Positions 53,957 to 63,429 of a stretch of 64,000 nucleotides of DNA are shown here, one piece after another. The DNA is taken from the sequence record CP132210.1; one strand, 5' to 3'. The stretch's first letter is position 1. Each line of letters opens with the position of its first letter. The position numbers and the translations under genes were made by a program. Under the pieces are notes generated by a model. It saw only the letters and a list, made by a program, of their open reading frames with translations. It searched no databases and had not been told where the DNA came from. This stretch comes from a plasmid.

Positions 53957-55476
53957 GGGGCCTCATGAAGCAACTTCCTCGTGACACACCAGAGCAATCG
54001 CTGATCACTCAGTACAAAGGATCTCGCCTTGTCGTTAAGGCCTATGCTGGCACGGGCAAAACCACCACACTGGTGAAATACGCTCATAACAACCTCGACT
54101 CTCGCATCCTCTATCTGGCATACAACCGGGCCATCCGCGATGAGGCCAGAGAAAAATTTCCTGCAAACGTTGACTGCAAAACGTCCCACCAGCTTGCCTA
54201 CGCCACTATAGGAAGGGGCTACCATCACAAACTCACAGGCAACCTAAGACTCACCGATATTGCTCAAGCGGTTAATACCAAAAACTGGACGTTTGCCAAA
54301 GATATTCTCGACACACTCAACGCCTTCATGTGCAGTGCAGATATGCGGATTCTTTATACGCATTTTGCTCGTGCCGATACAGGCAAGGTACTTACATCCA
54401 AACAGGAGAGATACCAAATCCAGGTAGTCGAAGGTGCAGAACTGATATGGAAGCGGATGACCAACCTTCAAGATCCGTTCCCGACCGTACACGACTGCTA
54501 CCTCAAACAGTATCAGCTCGGGATGCCGAATCTGTCTCGTCGGTACACCACCATTCTTTTTGATGAGGCCCAAGACGCCAACCCGGTCACAAGCAGCATC
54601 GTCCTACAGCAGAAATGCAAGGTAATCCTGGTTGGAGATCGCCACCAGCAGATCTATAGGTTCAGAGGTGCAAACAACGCTCTTGATAGCAAAGAGCTCA
54701 TGAACGCCGACCAACTCTATCTCACGCATAGCTTCCGCTTTGGCCCCAACGTGTCGCTGGTGGCAAACGCCCTTCTTGAACTCAAAGGCGAAACACGCCC
54801 TGTGGTTGGCCGGGGACCGGCAGATCAGGTAGTCATGTTCTTGCCTGGTGATGTCGGTCATCGCGCAATACTTCACCGAACCGTCATGGGTGTTATCGAG
54901 ACAGCGCTCTCTGCGACTGAATCCGGATCACAAGTGTTTTGGGTTGGTGGCATCGACGCTTATCAGATCAATGAGCTCCAGGATTTGTACTGGTTCTCGA
55001 TGGCCGAGCCAGACCGTGTAAAAAACAAGAAGCTGCTTGATGAATATGAAGACTACTTTGAGTATCAAGAAGTAGCGAAGGCCACCAAAGATCCTGAGAT
55101 GATGAGGGCCGTCAAGATCATCAATAGCTATGATGAAATCCCTGAGCGCCTCACCACTCTTCGACGTAATACAGTCAAAGAAGAATTTGGGGCCGACATT
55201 ACAGTCTCAACAGCTCATCGGTGCAAGGGGTTAGAGTGGGACTTTGTTCAGCTCTATGACGATTTTCCGGATGTCCTGGACCCGGAGCTCGACCCAATGG
55301 CCCGAGACGATGAAATAAACCTGCTCTACGTCGCATCCACAAGAGCGATGCGAATCCTCGCGTTAAATAGCGCGGTTGAGATGGTTATCCGCTATATCAC
55401 CCAAAAGCGCATGGTCGAGAAGCAGATGAAGATGGCCGCAATGGCAACAGAAGTTGAAGGGAACACGACCAAATAG
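53944..55476 (+). CDS. UvrD/PcrA-like superfamily-1 DNA helicase, 510 aa
   Basis: Walker A AYAGTGKTT, Walker B ILFDEAQD, and C-terminal helicase motifs TAHRCKGLEWDFV and LLYVASTRA. Confidence 0.75.
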   Translation: MLVVGGLMKQLPRDTPEQSLITQYKGSRLVVKAYAGTGKTTTLVKYAHNNLDSRILYLAYNRAIRDEAREKFPANVDCKTSHQLAYATIGRGYHHKLTGNLRLTDIAQAVNTKNWTFAKDILDTLNAFMCSADMRILYTHFARADTGKVLTSKQERYQIQVVEGAELIWKRMTNLQDPFPTVHDCYLKQYQLGMPNLSRRYTTILFDEAQDANPVTSSIVLQQKCKVILVGDRHQQIYRFRGANNALDSKELMNADQLYLTHSFRFGPNVSLVANALLELKGETRPVVGRGPADQVVMFLPGDVGHRAILHRTVMGVIETALSATESGSQVFWVGGIDAYQINELQDLYWFSMAEPDRVKNKKLLDEYEDYFEYQEVAKATKDPEMMRAVKIINSYDEIPERLTTLRRNTVKEEFGADITVSTAHRCKGLEWDFVQLYDDFPDVLDPELDPMARDDEINLLYVASTRAMRILALNSAVEMVIRYITQKRMVEKQMKMAAMATEVEGNTTK

Positions 55477-55487
55477 TTTGGTCAATT

Positions 55488-55503
55488 CTTTCACATGTGA
55501 AAG
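55488..55503. repeat. 16-bp perfect palindrome CTTTCACATGTGAAAG abutting a TTGACA -35 element upstream of traF
   Basis: The identical palindrome recurs at 62177-62192. Confidence 0.6.
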
Positions 55504-55586
55504 TTGACAAATAAAACGCTCAAAGCGCCCTAAATGGGCGCTTACACCTGCCTAATTTCACGCCGCCCACCTCTACCATATCGAGC

Positions 55587-56627
55587 ATGGGAAAATACGT
55601 GCGTGAGACTATGAAAAGATCACCTTTGGATTTACTGCTCCTTGCAGCGCTCACGCTAGGGGCATCACACCAGGCTTGGGCTCAAGATGGCACAAGATCT
55701 GGCTTTTATGAGCGCAAAGAAGAGGGTTGGTTCTGGTACAAGGAAGAACCAAAAGAGCCGGAGAAGAAGCCAGAAAAGCCCAAACCAAAGCCTGTGCCAG
55801 AGGCGAAGCTAACACCGCCGCTGCCTGCTGCTCCGCTACCAAGCGGTCCAGAAATGTTTTCGGCAGAATGGTTCCGGGAAAACTTACCCAAGTACAAAGA
55901 CCTTGCCTGGGACAATCCTACCGTTGAAAACGTCAGGACGTTTCTCTACTTGCAGAGATTTGCGATAGATCGCTCTGAACAGTTTTCCGATGCTACAGAG
56001 CTGGCGGTTGTGGGTGATCCGTTCCTGGATGAGATCACTCGACGTCCTGCGGCCACATTTGCCTCACAACAGGTTGATCGTGACGCCGGTAATGCCAAAA
56101 ACAAGCTGCTAAAAAGCGTAGCCGACCGAGTGGGAATATTCTTCTTCTACAAGTCCGACGATGAATACAGTGACTTGCAAGCACCGCTAATCAAGATGCT
56201 TGAACAAGGAGAAGGCTTCTCGATCATTCCAGTTTCTATGGACGGCAAACCTCTCCCGAACGGGCTTTTCCCCCACTACAAGACCGATGAAGGCCATGCC
56301 AAACAACTTGGCATTGTGACCTTCCCTGCTGTTTACCTCGCATCTCCAGACGGTCAGTTCGCACCTATAGGACAAGGACCAATGTCTCTTCCTGAGTTGA
56401 ATCACAGGATTTTGGTCGCCGCAAAACGCAACGGCTGGGTCACAGACGAAGAGTTCAATCGTACACGCCCGGTACTCAACCTAGAAAACAACATAGCCGA
56501 ACGCTTGGCCTCACCAGAGCTGGGCTCTGACCTCAAACAGTTATCCCAAGCGAGCGGTGATAAAGACAACTTTGTGCCACCGGAGCAACTCATGAAGTAC
56601 ATCCGGGAAAAATTACAGGAGAACTAA
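55587..56627 (+). CDS. traF: F-type conjugative transfer protein TraF (thioredoxin-fold pilus assembly protein), 346 aa
   Basis: Signal peptide, a Pro/Lys-rich linker, and C-terminal TraF-like thioredoxin-fold region. Gene order traF-traH-traG. Confidence 0.65.
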   Translation: MGKYVRETMKRSPLDLLLLAALTLGASHQAWAQDGTRSGFYERKEEGWFWYKEEPKEPEKKPEKPKPKPVPEAKLTPPLPAAPLPSGPEMFSAEWFRENLPKYKDLAWDNPTVENVRTFLYLQRFAIDRSEQFSDATELAVVGDPFLDEITRRPAATFASQQVDRDAGNAKNKLLKSVADRVGIFFFYKSDDEYSDLQAPLIKMLEQGEGFSIIPVSMDGKPLPNGLFPHYKTDEGHAKQLGIVTFPAVYLASPDGQFAPIGQGPMSLPELNHRILVAAKRNGWVTDEEFNRTRPVLNLENNIAERLASPELGSDLKQLSQASGDKDNFVPPEQLMKYIREKLQEN

Positions 56628-56628
56628 G

Positions 56629-58062
56629 ATGGTCACGCACAAGACTGTAAAAAGGAGCCTGCTTGCCCTGAGTGTAGCGGCTACTCTCTTCATCGCCCCG
56701 ACAGAGGCAATAGCCGCTAACGGACTCCAGTCTCAGATGGATAAACTCTTCAATGAGATGAGCAACACAACACCACCAGGAGTTTATGAAAGCCAACGGC
56801 GTGGCGTTCTAGCTGGTGGCCGGTTCACTGCCAAGACTCGACTCTTTGACGAGAACCTAGTTAGCCTTGCCCCACCATCGTGGAAAGCTGGTTGTGGGGG
56901 CGTCGATCTGTTCGGCGGCTCTCTTTCCTTCATTAACGCAGATCAAATTGTCCAGCTCCTCCGGGCTGTCGCAGCAAACGCCAAGGGATATGCCTTCCAG
57001 CTTGCGCTCGACAACGTTTTTCCGGACGGAGCCAAGTGGATAGAGAACTTCCAGAAGAAAGTACAAGCGCTCAACCAACATCTGGGCAATTCCTGCCAGC
57101 TCGCTCAAGGTTTCGTGAACGACCTAACCAGTGGCATGGATCTCAAACACAAAACTGATGCTTCCATCACCGCTACAACATCCGGCCTGTATGAAGATTT
57201 CTTCGGATCCAAGCAGGAAACCAGTGGCAAGAGTCCCCTAGAGGAACTGAAAGCTAACAAGCCTGACGAATACAACAAGATGATTGGCAACATCGTCTGG
57301 AAGCAACTCAAGAGCAACAACGCCAATACTTGGTTTCAATACGGGGATAACACGCTGCTTGAAGCGATCATGTCTTTAACCGGCACAGTCATCATTGGTG
57401 ATCTGGTAAACGACCCGAACTCAACCGGCTCGGGGGCGAAAACAACGCCTCTGACAACCTTACCAGGCAACAAGATCACCTTGTCAGACCTGATCTCGGG
57501 CGGTTCTGTTGAGATCTATTCATGTGATTCTGATACGACCAACTGCCTGAGTGCTGGCACCAGCAATAAAACTGTCGTGCTCAAAGGCATCAAGAACCAG
57601 ATCACCGACATGCTGTTAGGAACCAGCTCTACACCGGGCGTCATCTACAAATACGCAACGAACTCTGGAACCTTAACCGATCCAGAAAAGGCCTTTGTTT
57701 CTAACCTCCCTGGAGGCATTGGCACCATCGTTCGTAACTTGTCTGTCCTTTCACAAGATGGCGCAAACCTGTTCGCAACAGAGTCATCGGGAGCGATTGC
57801 ACTGACGATGATGTATAGCTTCTCGGAAGAGTTTTTCCGCGCAGCTCGCATTGCAATGGCTAATAGCAAGTCGCCCTACAAGAAAGAGGCGCTGGAGCTT
57901 CTCGCCCAATCGCAACAGCAAATCCGTGATGAATACACAATCTTGTCCTCTCAATATGGCGATCTATCAAGCCAGATTGAGAAATACAACAACCTCCTGG
58001 ACAACATCCGCAAGCAAAAATACATGCTCGCAACTTTGTCTAACCCTCCTAGCACGAACTAA
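56629..58062 (+). CDS. traH: F-type conjugative transfer pilus assembly protein TraH, 477 aa
   Basis: Signal peptide. Resembles the TraH family in size, composition and position. Confidence 0.65.
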   Translation: MVTHKTVKRSLLALSVAATLFIAPTEAIAANGLQSQMDKLFNEMSNTTPPGVYESQRRGVLAGGRFTAKTRLFDENLVSLAPPSWKAGCGGVDLFGGSLSFINADQIVQLLRAVAANAKGYAFQLALDNVFPDGAKWIENFQKKVQALNQHLGNSCQLAQGFVNDLTSGMDLKHKTDASITATTSGLYEDFFGSKQETSGKSPLEELKANKPDEYNKMIGNIVWKQLKSNNANTWFQYGDNTLLEAIMSLTGTVIIGDLVNDPNSTGSGAKTTPLTTLPGNKITLSDLISGGSVEIYSCDSDTTNCLSAGTSNKTVVLKGIKNQITDMLLGTSSTPGVIYKYATNSGTLTDPEKAFVSNLPGGIGTIVRNLSVLSQDGANLFATESSGAIALTMMYSFSEEFFRAARIAMANSKSPYKKEALELLAQSQQQIRDEYTILSSQYGDLSSQIEKYNNLLDNIRKQKYMLATLSNPPSTN

Positions 58063-58074
58063 GGGGCCATTGGA

Positions 58075-61000
58075 ATGGGAGCTTTTTCAATCCACTCTAT
58101 CGGTGACTCTGCTTTTCTGGAGCAAATCCTGATTGCAGTATCAATGATCACCGGCACCGGAGACTTCGAGAAGATGGTCAGTATTGGCCTGCTTCTTGGG
58201 ATCTTGATGATCTGTATCCAGTCCGTCTTTCAAGGCGCGAAGCAAATCAATATCCAGCAAGTGCTGGTAGGTTGGATCATATATGCCTGTTTCTTCGGCC
58301 CGACCACAACGGTGACTATCGAAGACGCTTACACAGGGCAGGTCCGAGTCGTCGCCAATGTGCCTATTGGAGTAGGCTTTGCTGGTGGTGTCATATCTAA
58401 CGTGGGATACACCATCACCAATTTGTTTGAAACTGGATATGGCGTAATCGTACCCAATGTCACGGAAAGCCACTTCTCAGAAACACTGAAACTTTTGAAT
58501 GACGTTAGACGGCGGGCCTATGACACCGGGGTTTTCACTGCGCTTAACTCAGCAAATGGTGGCGGCTATGTTGACGTAAGACGTTCCTGGAACAATTACA
58601 TCCGGGAATGCACATTAACCAAAGTTGATCTCAACCTAATGTCCCTTGATGAGTTGATGAATCGTTCAACCGACACGGCTTTGCGGTTCAACTCTCAGCT
58701 CTACGGAACCCGGTTGTATTTGTCCACATCCAACCCTGACGGCACTGACTACACATGTACCGATGGATGGGTGGCTATTAGCACAGCAACTGCCAACCTA
58801 AGCAGCCCGGTTGTTGTTGATGCTCTAAACAGCCTGCTGGGTATTGACACATCAACCGGAGACAACGCTCTAACGAAGCTGACTGATTCGCTTCAAGCGA
58901 TGGGTGCCACAACCACCTCATCAATCGACTACCTGAAAGCCGCCGTTCTTGAGCCTCTCTATTATGAGGCCGCAGCAGGACGTTATCAGGACCTCCAGGA
59001 CTATGGCTCTGCATTGATGATCAACCAAGCCATTCAGCAACGGAACACGCAGTGGGCCGCAGAACAGTCGATGTTCATGACCGTTGTCCGACCAATGCTG
59101 ACATTCTTTGAGGGGTTCATTTACGCTATCACCCCGATCATTGCTTTTATTATCGTGATGGGCAGCTTCGGCATCCAGTTAGCCGGTAAATATGTACAAA
59201 CCATCCTCTGGATTCAGCTATGGATGCCAGTCCTCTCAATTATCAACCTGTTTGTTCATACCGCCGCGTCAAATGAGATGTCTAGCCTCAGTGCTGGAGG
59301 TCTCAACTCCATGTACGCGCTTTCCTCAACTGGAGATGTGCTGCAACACTGGATTGCAACCGGCGGCATGTTGGCTGCGGCCACTCCGGTAATTTCCCTG
59401 TTTATCGTTACAGGTAGCACTTATGCCTTCACCAGCTTGGCATCGAGAATAAGCGGTGCTGACCACGTTGACGAAAAGATGCAAACGCCAGATCTACTCA
59501 AGCAAGGTCCGGTTATGCAAAGTCAGCCAGCATACAATCACAACCAGTTTAGTGGTGCGATTGCGAACGGCGCAGAAAGCATGATCAGCACCTTCTCGCT
59601 TGGCTCCACTCTGGCATCAGGTGTGAGCTCCGCACAGGCATTACAAAGCCAGAAATCGGAGGCCTTCCAAAGCACCCTCGGTCGAGGTTTTTCTGATGGA
59701 GTAAGTCAGGATCAAGCCTACTCAAGACTCTCCAATGTTGGGCGCAACGTTTCGTCTCAAAGCACAGCTCAGAGCCAATTGGTCAACCAACAAGCCAAGA
59801 ACTTCATGGATAAGTTCCAAGTGGATGATAGCCACTCTGATGCGGTCAAAGGTGCTTTTGCCATGCAGGCTATGGGCACTCTCGATGCTGACGAAGCGGC
59901 TTCCATGCTTATGCCTATGGTTGGTAAGGTCAGGGCGGCAATGAAGGGGGCCGCTGGTATTAAATCAAACAGTACAGCACTTGTTCCTACTGGTGGTGAT
60001 GGCGAATCAGGCGATGTGCTGGACATCAAAGCGCAGGCGAAGGGGGCAACAGAGTCCTCAGCTCAAGACTCCTCAAGCTGGTCAGCAAGCGATGTGTCTC
60101 AGTTCATGAAGGGTGTGAGTTATTCACAAACCGATAGCCAAGCGTTGACTAATCAATTGGCACAGGGTTTTAGTCGTTCCGGTAGCGAGTCGTTTAAGCA
60201 AACCTGGGGGGATAGCTTATCCCAGAACCTGTCCAAGTCGGCCTCTGAACTGGTGTCTGCATCCGACACCTTCACAACAATGAGCCAACTCCAGAATCAA
60301 ATGGGCTCCATGACTAACACCGACTTTAAAACTCTCGGTGGTGCAGTGGCACAAACCCCTGAGGCCATGAATCAACTGAATGACTATTTCCGAAATGCCG
60401 CGCCGCAGTCGGTTAAAGACGAGGCTGCTTCACTACAGCAAAGATACCAAGCCTACGGAATGTCGCCTCAGGTGGCTCAAGCAGCAGCTCGAATGACAGC
60501 AATGACCAACTCCAAAAACTATGATCCGGGTAAGGAGCTTGGCGGGTATCAAGCTGCACTACAGGCAATCAATACTGCGTCCGGGCGCAACGGATCCTTT
60601 AGTGGTGACGCCTACGGAAATAGCGGCATTGAAGGCCCGAATGTTCAAGGTCTACCAGGTCAGGTTCAAGGTGCTGTAGGCAGTGGACCTAATATCCCAA
60701 CCGGATTCAGAGATAATGTGGCTGGGATGGCTGGAACTAATCCGGCATCCGAAGCAGGCCAGTTACCAACGAACAGCCCCCTTGTTCAAAATGAACATGC
60801 AGCAGGTACATCAGCTCTTCACAACCTGGCGCAGCAAACAGAGCGAAACGTAACTGCTCCCGAACTCAAAAAAGCACAAGATAACCTCATTAACTCGCTT
60901 CCGGAGATGTCTTGGAGCGCTTCGGCATGGGGGGCGTGGGATAACTTCAGTGACAAGATGGGCCGCAGAGCTGAACAAGCAGGCGGGGCTCTCATTGCTG

Positions 61001-61680
61001 GTGGTCAGGCTGGCGCTGATGCGTTCTCACAAGCAATGGATCAAATGAGAACGATGACGCCTGAGCAACGCGACCAATTCGTCGCGGCAACTCAACGCGG
61101 CGATCAGGCAGTCAAAGAAGAGTTTGGCTGGGCCGGGGGCGCGATGGTTGGAATGGCTAAACTTGGCCGCAACGTCATGGGTGCTGCTGCAAGCGGCTAT
61201 AGTGCAGCCAAAGAATGGTTAAGTGGTAAATCAGACCTATCAGAAGCCGCTAAAGGGATGAGCATGGAGGAACGCGGTGCGTTCTATGCAGCCGCGTTAT
61301 CCTCTGCCGCAGAAGCCGGTGGTGGAGCAGCACAACAGTTTATGAACCAGTATGGCGATGAGTTCAAAGAGACAATGCAGTCAATTGCTCAAAACCGCTA
61401 TGGACTTACTCAAGGGCAAGCTGCTGTTTATGCTGAGTCTTTTGATACAAACGAAGGCCGCATGAACCAGGCAATTCAGAATCTGAAAATGGAATATGCA
61501 GAACGTAATCCGGATGGTTCACCGATGACGCAAGGTGGTCAGCCTGTTCTTTCTCAGCAAAACGAAGAGTTCGCTGACAAGCTGGTAAACGTATTGCAGA
61601 ACTCGACGGGAGCTGGAGACCGTTCGGGGAGTTATTTGACTGCTGTCAGAGGGTACAACATAGCAAATCAAAGGTTCTAA
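58075..61680 (+). CDS. traG: F-type conjugative transfer protein TraG (mating-pair stabilisation; N-terminal polytopic domain plus large periplasmic C-terminal domain), 1201 aa
   Basis: Multiple N-terminal transmembrane segments followed by a long Ser/Gln/Ala-rich domain. Position after traF-traH. Confidence 0.7.
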   Translation: MGAFSIHSIGDSAFLEQILIAVSMITGTGDFEKMVSIGLLLGILMICIQSVFQGAKQINIQQVLVGWIIYACFFGPTTTVTIEDAYTGQVRVVANVPIGVGFAGGVISNVGYTITNLFETGYGVIVPNVTESHFSETLKLLNDVRRRAYDTGVFTALNSANGGGYVDVRRSWNNYIRECTLTKVDLNLMSLDELMNRSTDTALRFNSQLYGTRLYLSTSNPDGTDYTCTDGWVAISTATANLSSPVVVDALNSLLGIDTSTGDNALTKLTDSLQAMGATTTSSIDYLKAAVLEPLYYEAAAGRYQDLQDYGSALMINQAIQQRNTQWAAEQSMFMTVVRPMLTFFEGFIYAITPIIAFIIVMGSFGIQLAGKYVQTILWIQLWMPVLSIINLFVHTAASNEMSSLSAGGLNSMYALSSTGDVLQHWIATGGMLAAATPVISLFIVTGSTYAFTSLASRISGADHVDEKMQTPDLLKQGPVMQSQPAYNHNQFSGAIANGAESMISTFSLGSTLASGVSSAQALQSQKSEAFQSTLGRGFSDGVSQDQAYSRLSNVGRNVSSQSTAQSQLVNQQAKNFMDKFQVDDSHSDAVKGAFAMQAMGTLDADEAASMLMPMVGKVRAAMKGAAGIKSNSTALVPTGGDGESGDVLDIKAQAKGATESSAQDSSSWSASDVSQFMKGVSYSQTDSQALTNQLAQGFSRSGSESFKQTWGDSLSQNLSKSASELVSASDTFTTMSQLQNQMGSMTNTDFKTLGGAVAQTPEAMNQLNDYFRNAAPQSVKDEAASLQQRYQAYGMSPQVAQAAARMTAMTNSKNYDPGKELGGYQAALQAINTASGRNGSFSGDAYGNSGIEGPNVQGLPGQVQGAVGSGPNIPTGFRDNVAGMAGTNPASEAGQLPTNSPLVQNEHAAGTSALHNLAQQTERNVTAPELKKAQDNLINSLPEMSWSASAWGAWDNFSDKMGRRAEQAGGALIAGGQAGADAFSQAMDQMRTMTPEQRDQFVAATQRGDQAVKEEFGWAGGAMVGMAKLGRNVMGAAASGYSAAKEWLSGKSDLSEAAKGMSMEERGAFYAAALSSAAEAGGGAAQQFMNQYGDEFKETMQSIAQNRYGLTQGQAAVYAESFDTNEGRMNQAIQNLKMEYAERNPDGSPMTQGGQPVLSQQNEEFADKLVNVLQNSTGAGDRSGSYLTAVRGYNIANQRF

Positions 61681-61697
61681 AAGACCGTTCAAATAAT

Positions 61698-61724
61698 AAG
61701 GGGGCCATCAGGCCCCCTTATTCG
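61698..61724. terminator. bidirectional rho-independent terminator (AAGGGGGCC atca GGCCCCCTT followed by ATTCG)
   Basis: GC-rich 9-bp stem between convergent traG and the 120-aa ORF. Confidence 0.7.
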
Positions 61725-62080
61725 TCTCCAGTCCCAATATGGTAGCGCTGGTCAAAATCATAGGAGTTTTGAAATCCACCAGCATGTTTTTTTCTGTGCC
61801 GAATTGGCGGAGCTTCTTTATATGCTGACCGCGCAGCACCGATAAACCATGTTAGCCCAAACAGAGCCCCGACAGCCAAAGCAACTTGCCACTGGAAGTA
61901 AGCGATCCCTCCCCAGAAGATAACAGCAGCCCAAATACTTCTGTGAATGAAAAACAGGAAACGAGCCCCCCAAACGGCGAAAGGAGCCAGGGCAACACCA
62001 AGCCCCCAAGGTGTATCAGCCATCATAGCGACCCCTAGAAGCACAACACCCAGCAGAAGAATATTGACCACATGTTTCAT
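61718..62080 (-). CDS. small integral membrane protein, 120 aa
   Basis: Four predicted hydrophobic helices (MKHVVNILLLGVVLLGVAMM...). Confidence 0.45.
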   Translation of the reverse strand: MKHVVNILLLGVVLLGVAMMADTPWGLGVALAPFAVWGARFLFFIHRSIWAAVIFWGGIAYFQWQVALAVGALFGLTWFIGAARSAYKEAPPIRHRKKHAGGFQNSYDFDQRYHIGTGDE

Positions 62081-62176
62081 ACCATCCCCCTTATTATTTA
62101 CCTCCAGTCTACCACGGCATCAAAAAATGCAACCGTGAATGTTCGTCGATTTTTATGGTGAAAGTTTGCTCTTAAA

Positions 62177-62192
62177 CTTTCACATGTGAAAG
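62177..62192. repeat. second copy of the palindrome CTTTCACATGTGAAAG (extended dyad AACTTTCACATGTGAAAGTT), next to a second dyad TGAAAGTTT..AAACTTTCA
   Basis: Direct reading. Confidence 0.6.
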
Positions 62193-62632
62193 TTAGCCAG
62201 TGCGTAATAGGGCATTTGTTGACAAAGCATTACATAGTTGAACACGTCAATCAGATCGCATACACTATCAAATAGGCCATTGCTAACGCTTTGGTCCCTA
62301 TCTGCAACACCGCAGAGTTACCTCCCCCAAATATCTCGCATTGTAAAAACCATCATCTTTGTGTGGTCGGGGCGCATCTTTGCCCACCCTACCCTCATCA
62401 GCTCCTGCTGTATTCGCAATTCCAGCCCTCGCTGTATACCCAAAACCACTTATACCTAAACGCTATTTACTTATCACAAAATAACACACTTTCCGTGTGC
62501 TATTTCCGCCATTCATTTGGCGCACCTTCCATTTCTATCGAAAATCAATCGTATCCCTTTGATTCCTAAAAGTATTGTAACTTTGTTCTACCGGTACAAA
62601 GTTAAGTGTATGTTTTTAAAGGTTTTTTATTG

Positions 62633-62661
62633 TTGACAGCATCATTATTCGGGCTTATAAA
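62633..62661 (+). promoter_or_regulatory. sigma70-like promoter (TTGACA-17 bp-TATAAA) about 100 bp upstream of the Ner-like gene
   Basis: Consensus hexamers with optimal spacing. Confidence 0.55.
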
Positions 62662-62764
62662 GGCGCAAATTGTGTCAGTTTGTGACAATAAAAGAACTCT
62701 AAAAGCGTTCATTAAGTAACGCAGTTTTTGTACGGGCAATAACGCAGTTTAAAGGTGGCAAGAA

Positions 62765-63037
62765 ATGGACAAATGCCAGGTGATAGACATCCCAAGCGAC
62801 CTAGAAAAAAAACGCGAGTGGATCAAGTACAGGCTCAAGATCCAGGGTCTTTCTCTGGCCGCACTGGGCCGAAAACACAAAACATCTCGTCAGGTGGTGT
62901 CAACGGCACTCTACAAGCCCAGTCCACGCTGGGAGCATGAGATAGCGACAGCTTTGGGTATGAAGCCTTCTGAGATATGGCCGGAGCGGTACGACGAAGA
63001 ACACGAAATACCCCTCAGACATAAGGAGGCAAGCTGA
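62765..63037 (+). CDS. acr1: Ner/Nlp-family HTH regulator (Acr1-like repressor of IncC plasmids), 90 aa
   Basis: Ner-like HTH ...KIQGLSLAALGRKHKTSRQVVSTAL... Confidence 0.6.
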   Translation: MDKCQVIDIPSDLEKKREWIKYRLKIQGLSLAALGRKHKTSRQVVSTALYKPSPRWEHEIATALGMKPSEIWPERYDEEHEIPLRHKEAS

Positions 63038-63360
63038 TGAAGAACAAAGCCAAAGCGTTGGTTCTGTCTGCGGCAGTCCTGTCATCAGCGGCCAATGGCA
63101 TTGACCTGAGCGGAACCGTCTTCGACAAAGCGGCGAAAGCACATAACCTTGATCCTCTTCTGGTGTATTCGGTCGCACTGGCTGAATCTGCATCAGGGAG
63201 AGGTAATGGCTCTATAAGTCCTTGGCCTTGGACGCTGCGCGTTCCTGGACTCCCTTTCTATGCAAAGTCGGAAGACCAGGCAAAGGCTAAGCTCGCGGAG
63301 TTTCAGCGTTACGCATTTTACGCTGCGTTTTGCCCCGTGCATCATCGAAGAAATTCTTGA
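63037..63360 (+). CDS. 107-aa ORF occupying the flhD/acaD position. It has a signal-peptide-like N-terminus. Identity uncertain.
   Basis: MKNKAKALVLSAAVLSSAANG... It lies between the Ner-like and FlhC-like genes and is not recognisably FlhD to me. Confidence 0.3.
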   Translation: MKNKAKALVLSAAVLSSAANGIDLSGTVFDKAAKAHNLDPLLVYSVALAESASGRGNGSISPWPWTLRVPGLPFYAKSEDQAKAKLAEFQRYAFYAAFCPVHHRRNS

Positions 63361-63429
63361 TAACAGCCGGGAAGAGTTAACACACCCAGTATTGAAAAAA
63401 TTGCAACAGTCTCTACAGGGACGTGGGAG

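Noticed and set aside
63037-63360. Calling the 107-aa ORF a lytic transglycosylase on the basis of an AESASG-like motif
   Set aside because: The catalytic E-S motif context and the downstream GLMQ-type residues of SLT domains are absent. It is left as a hypothetical protein.
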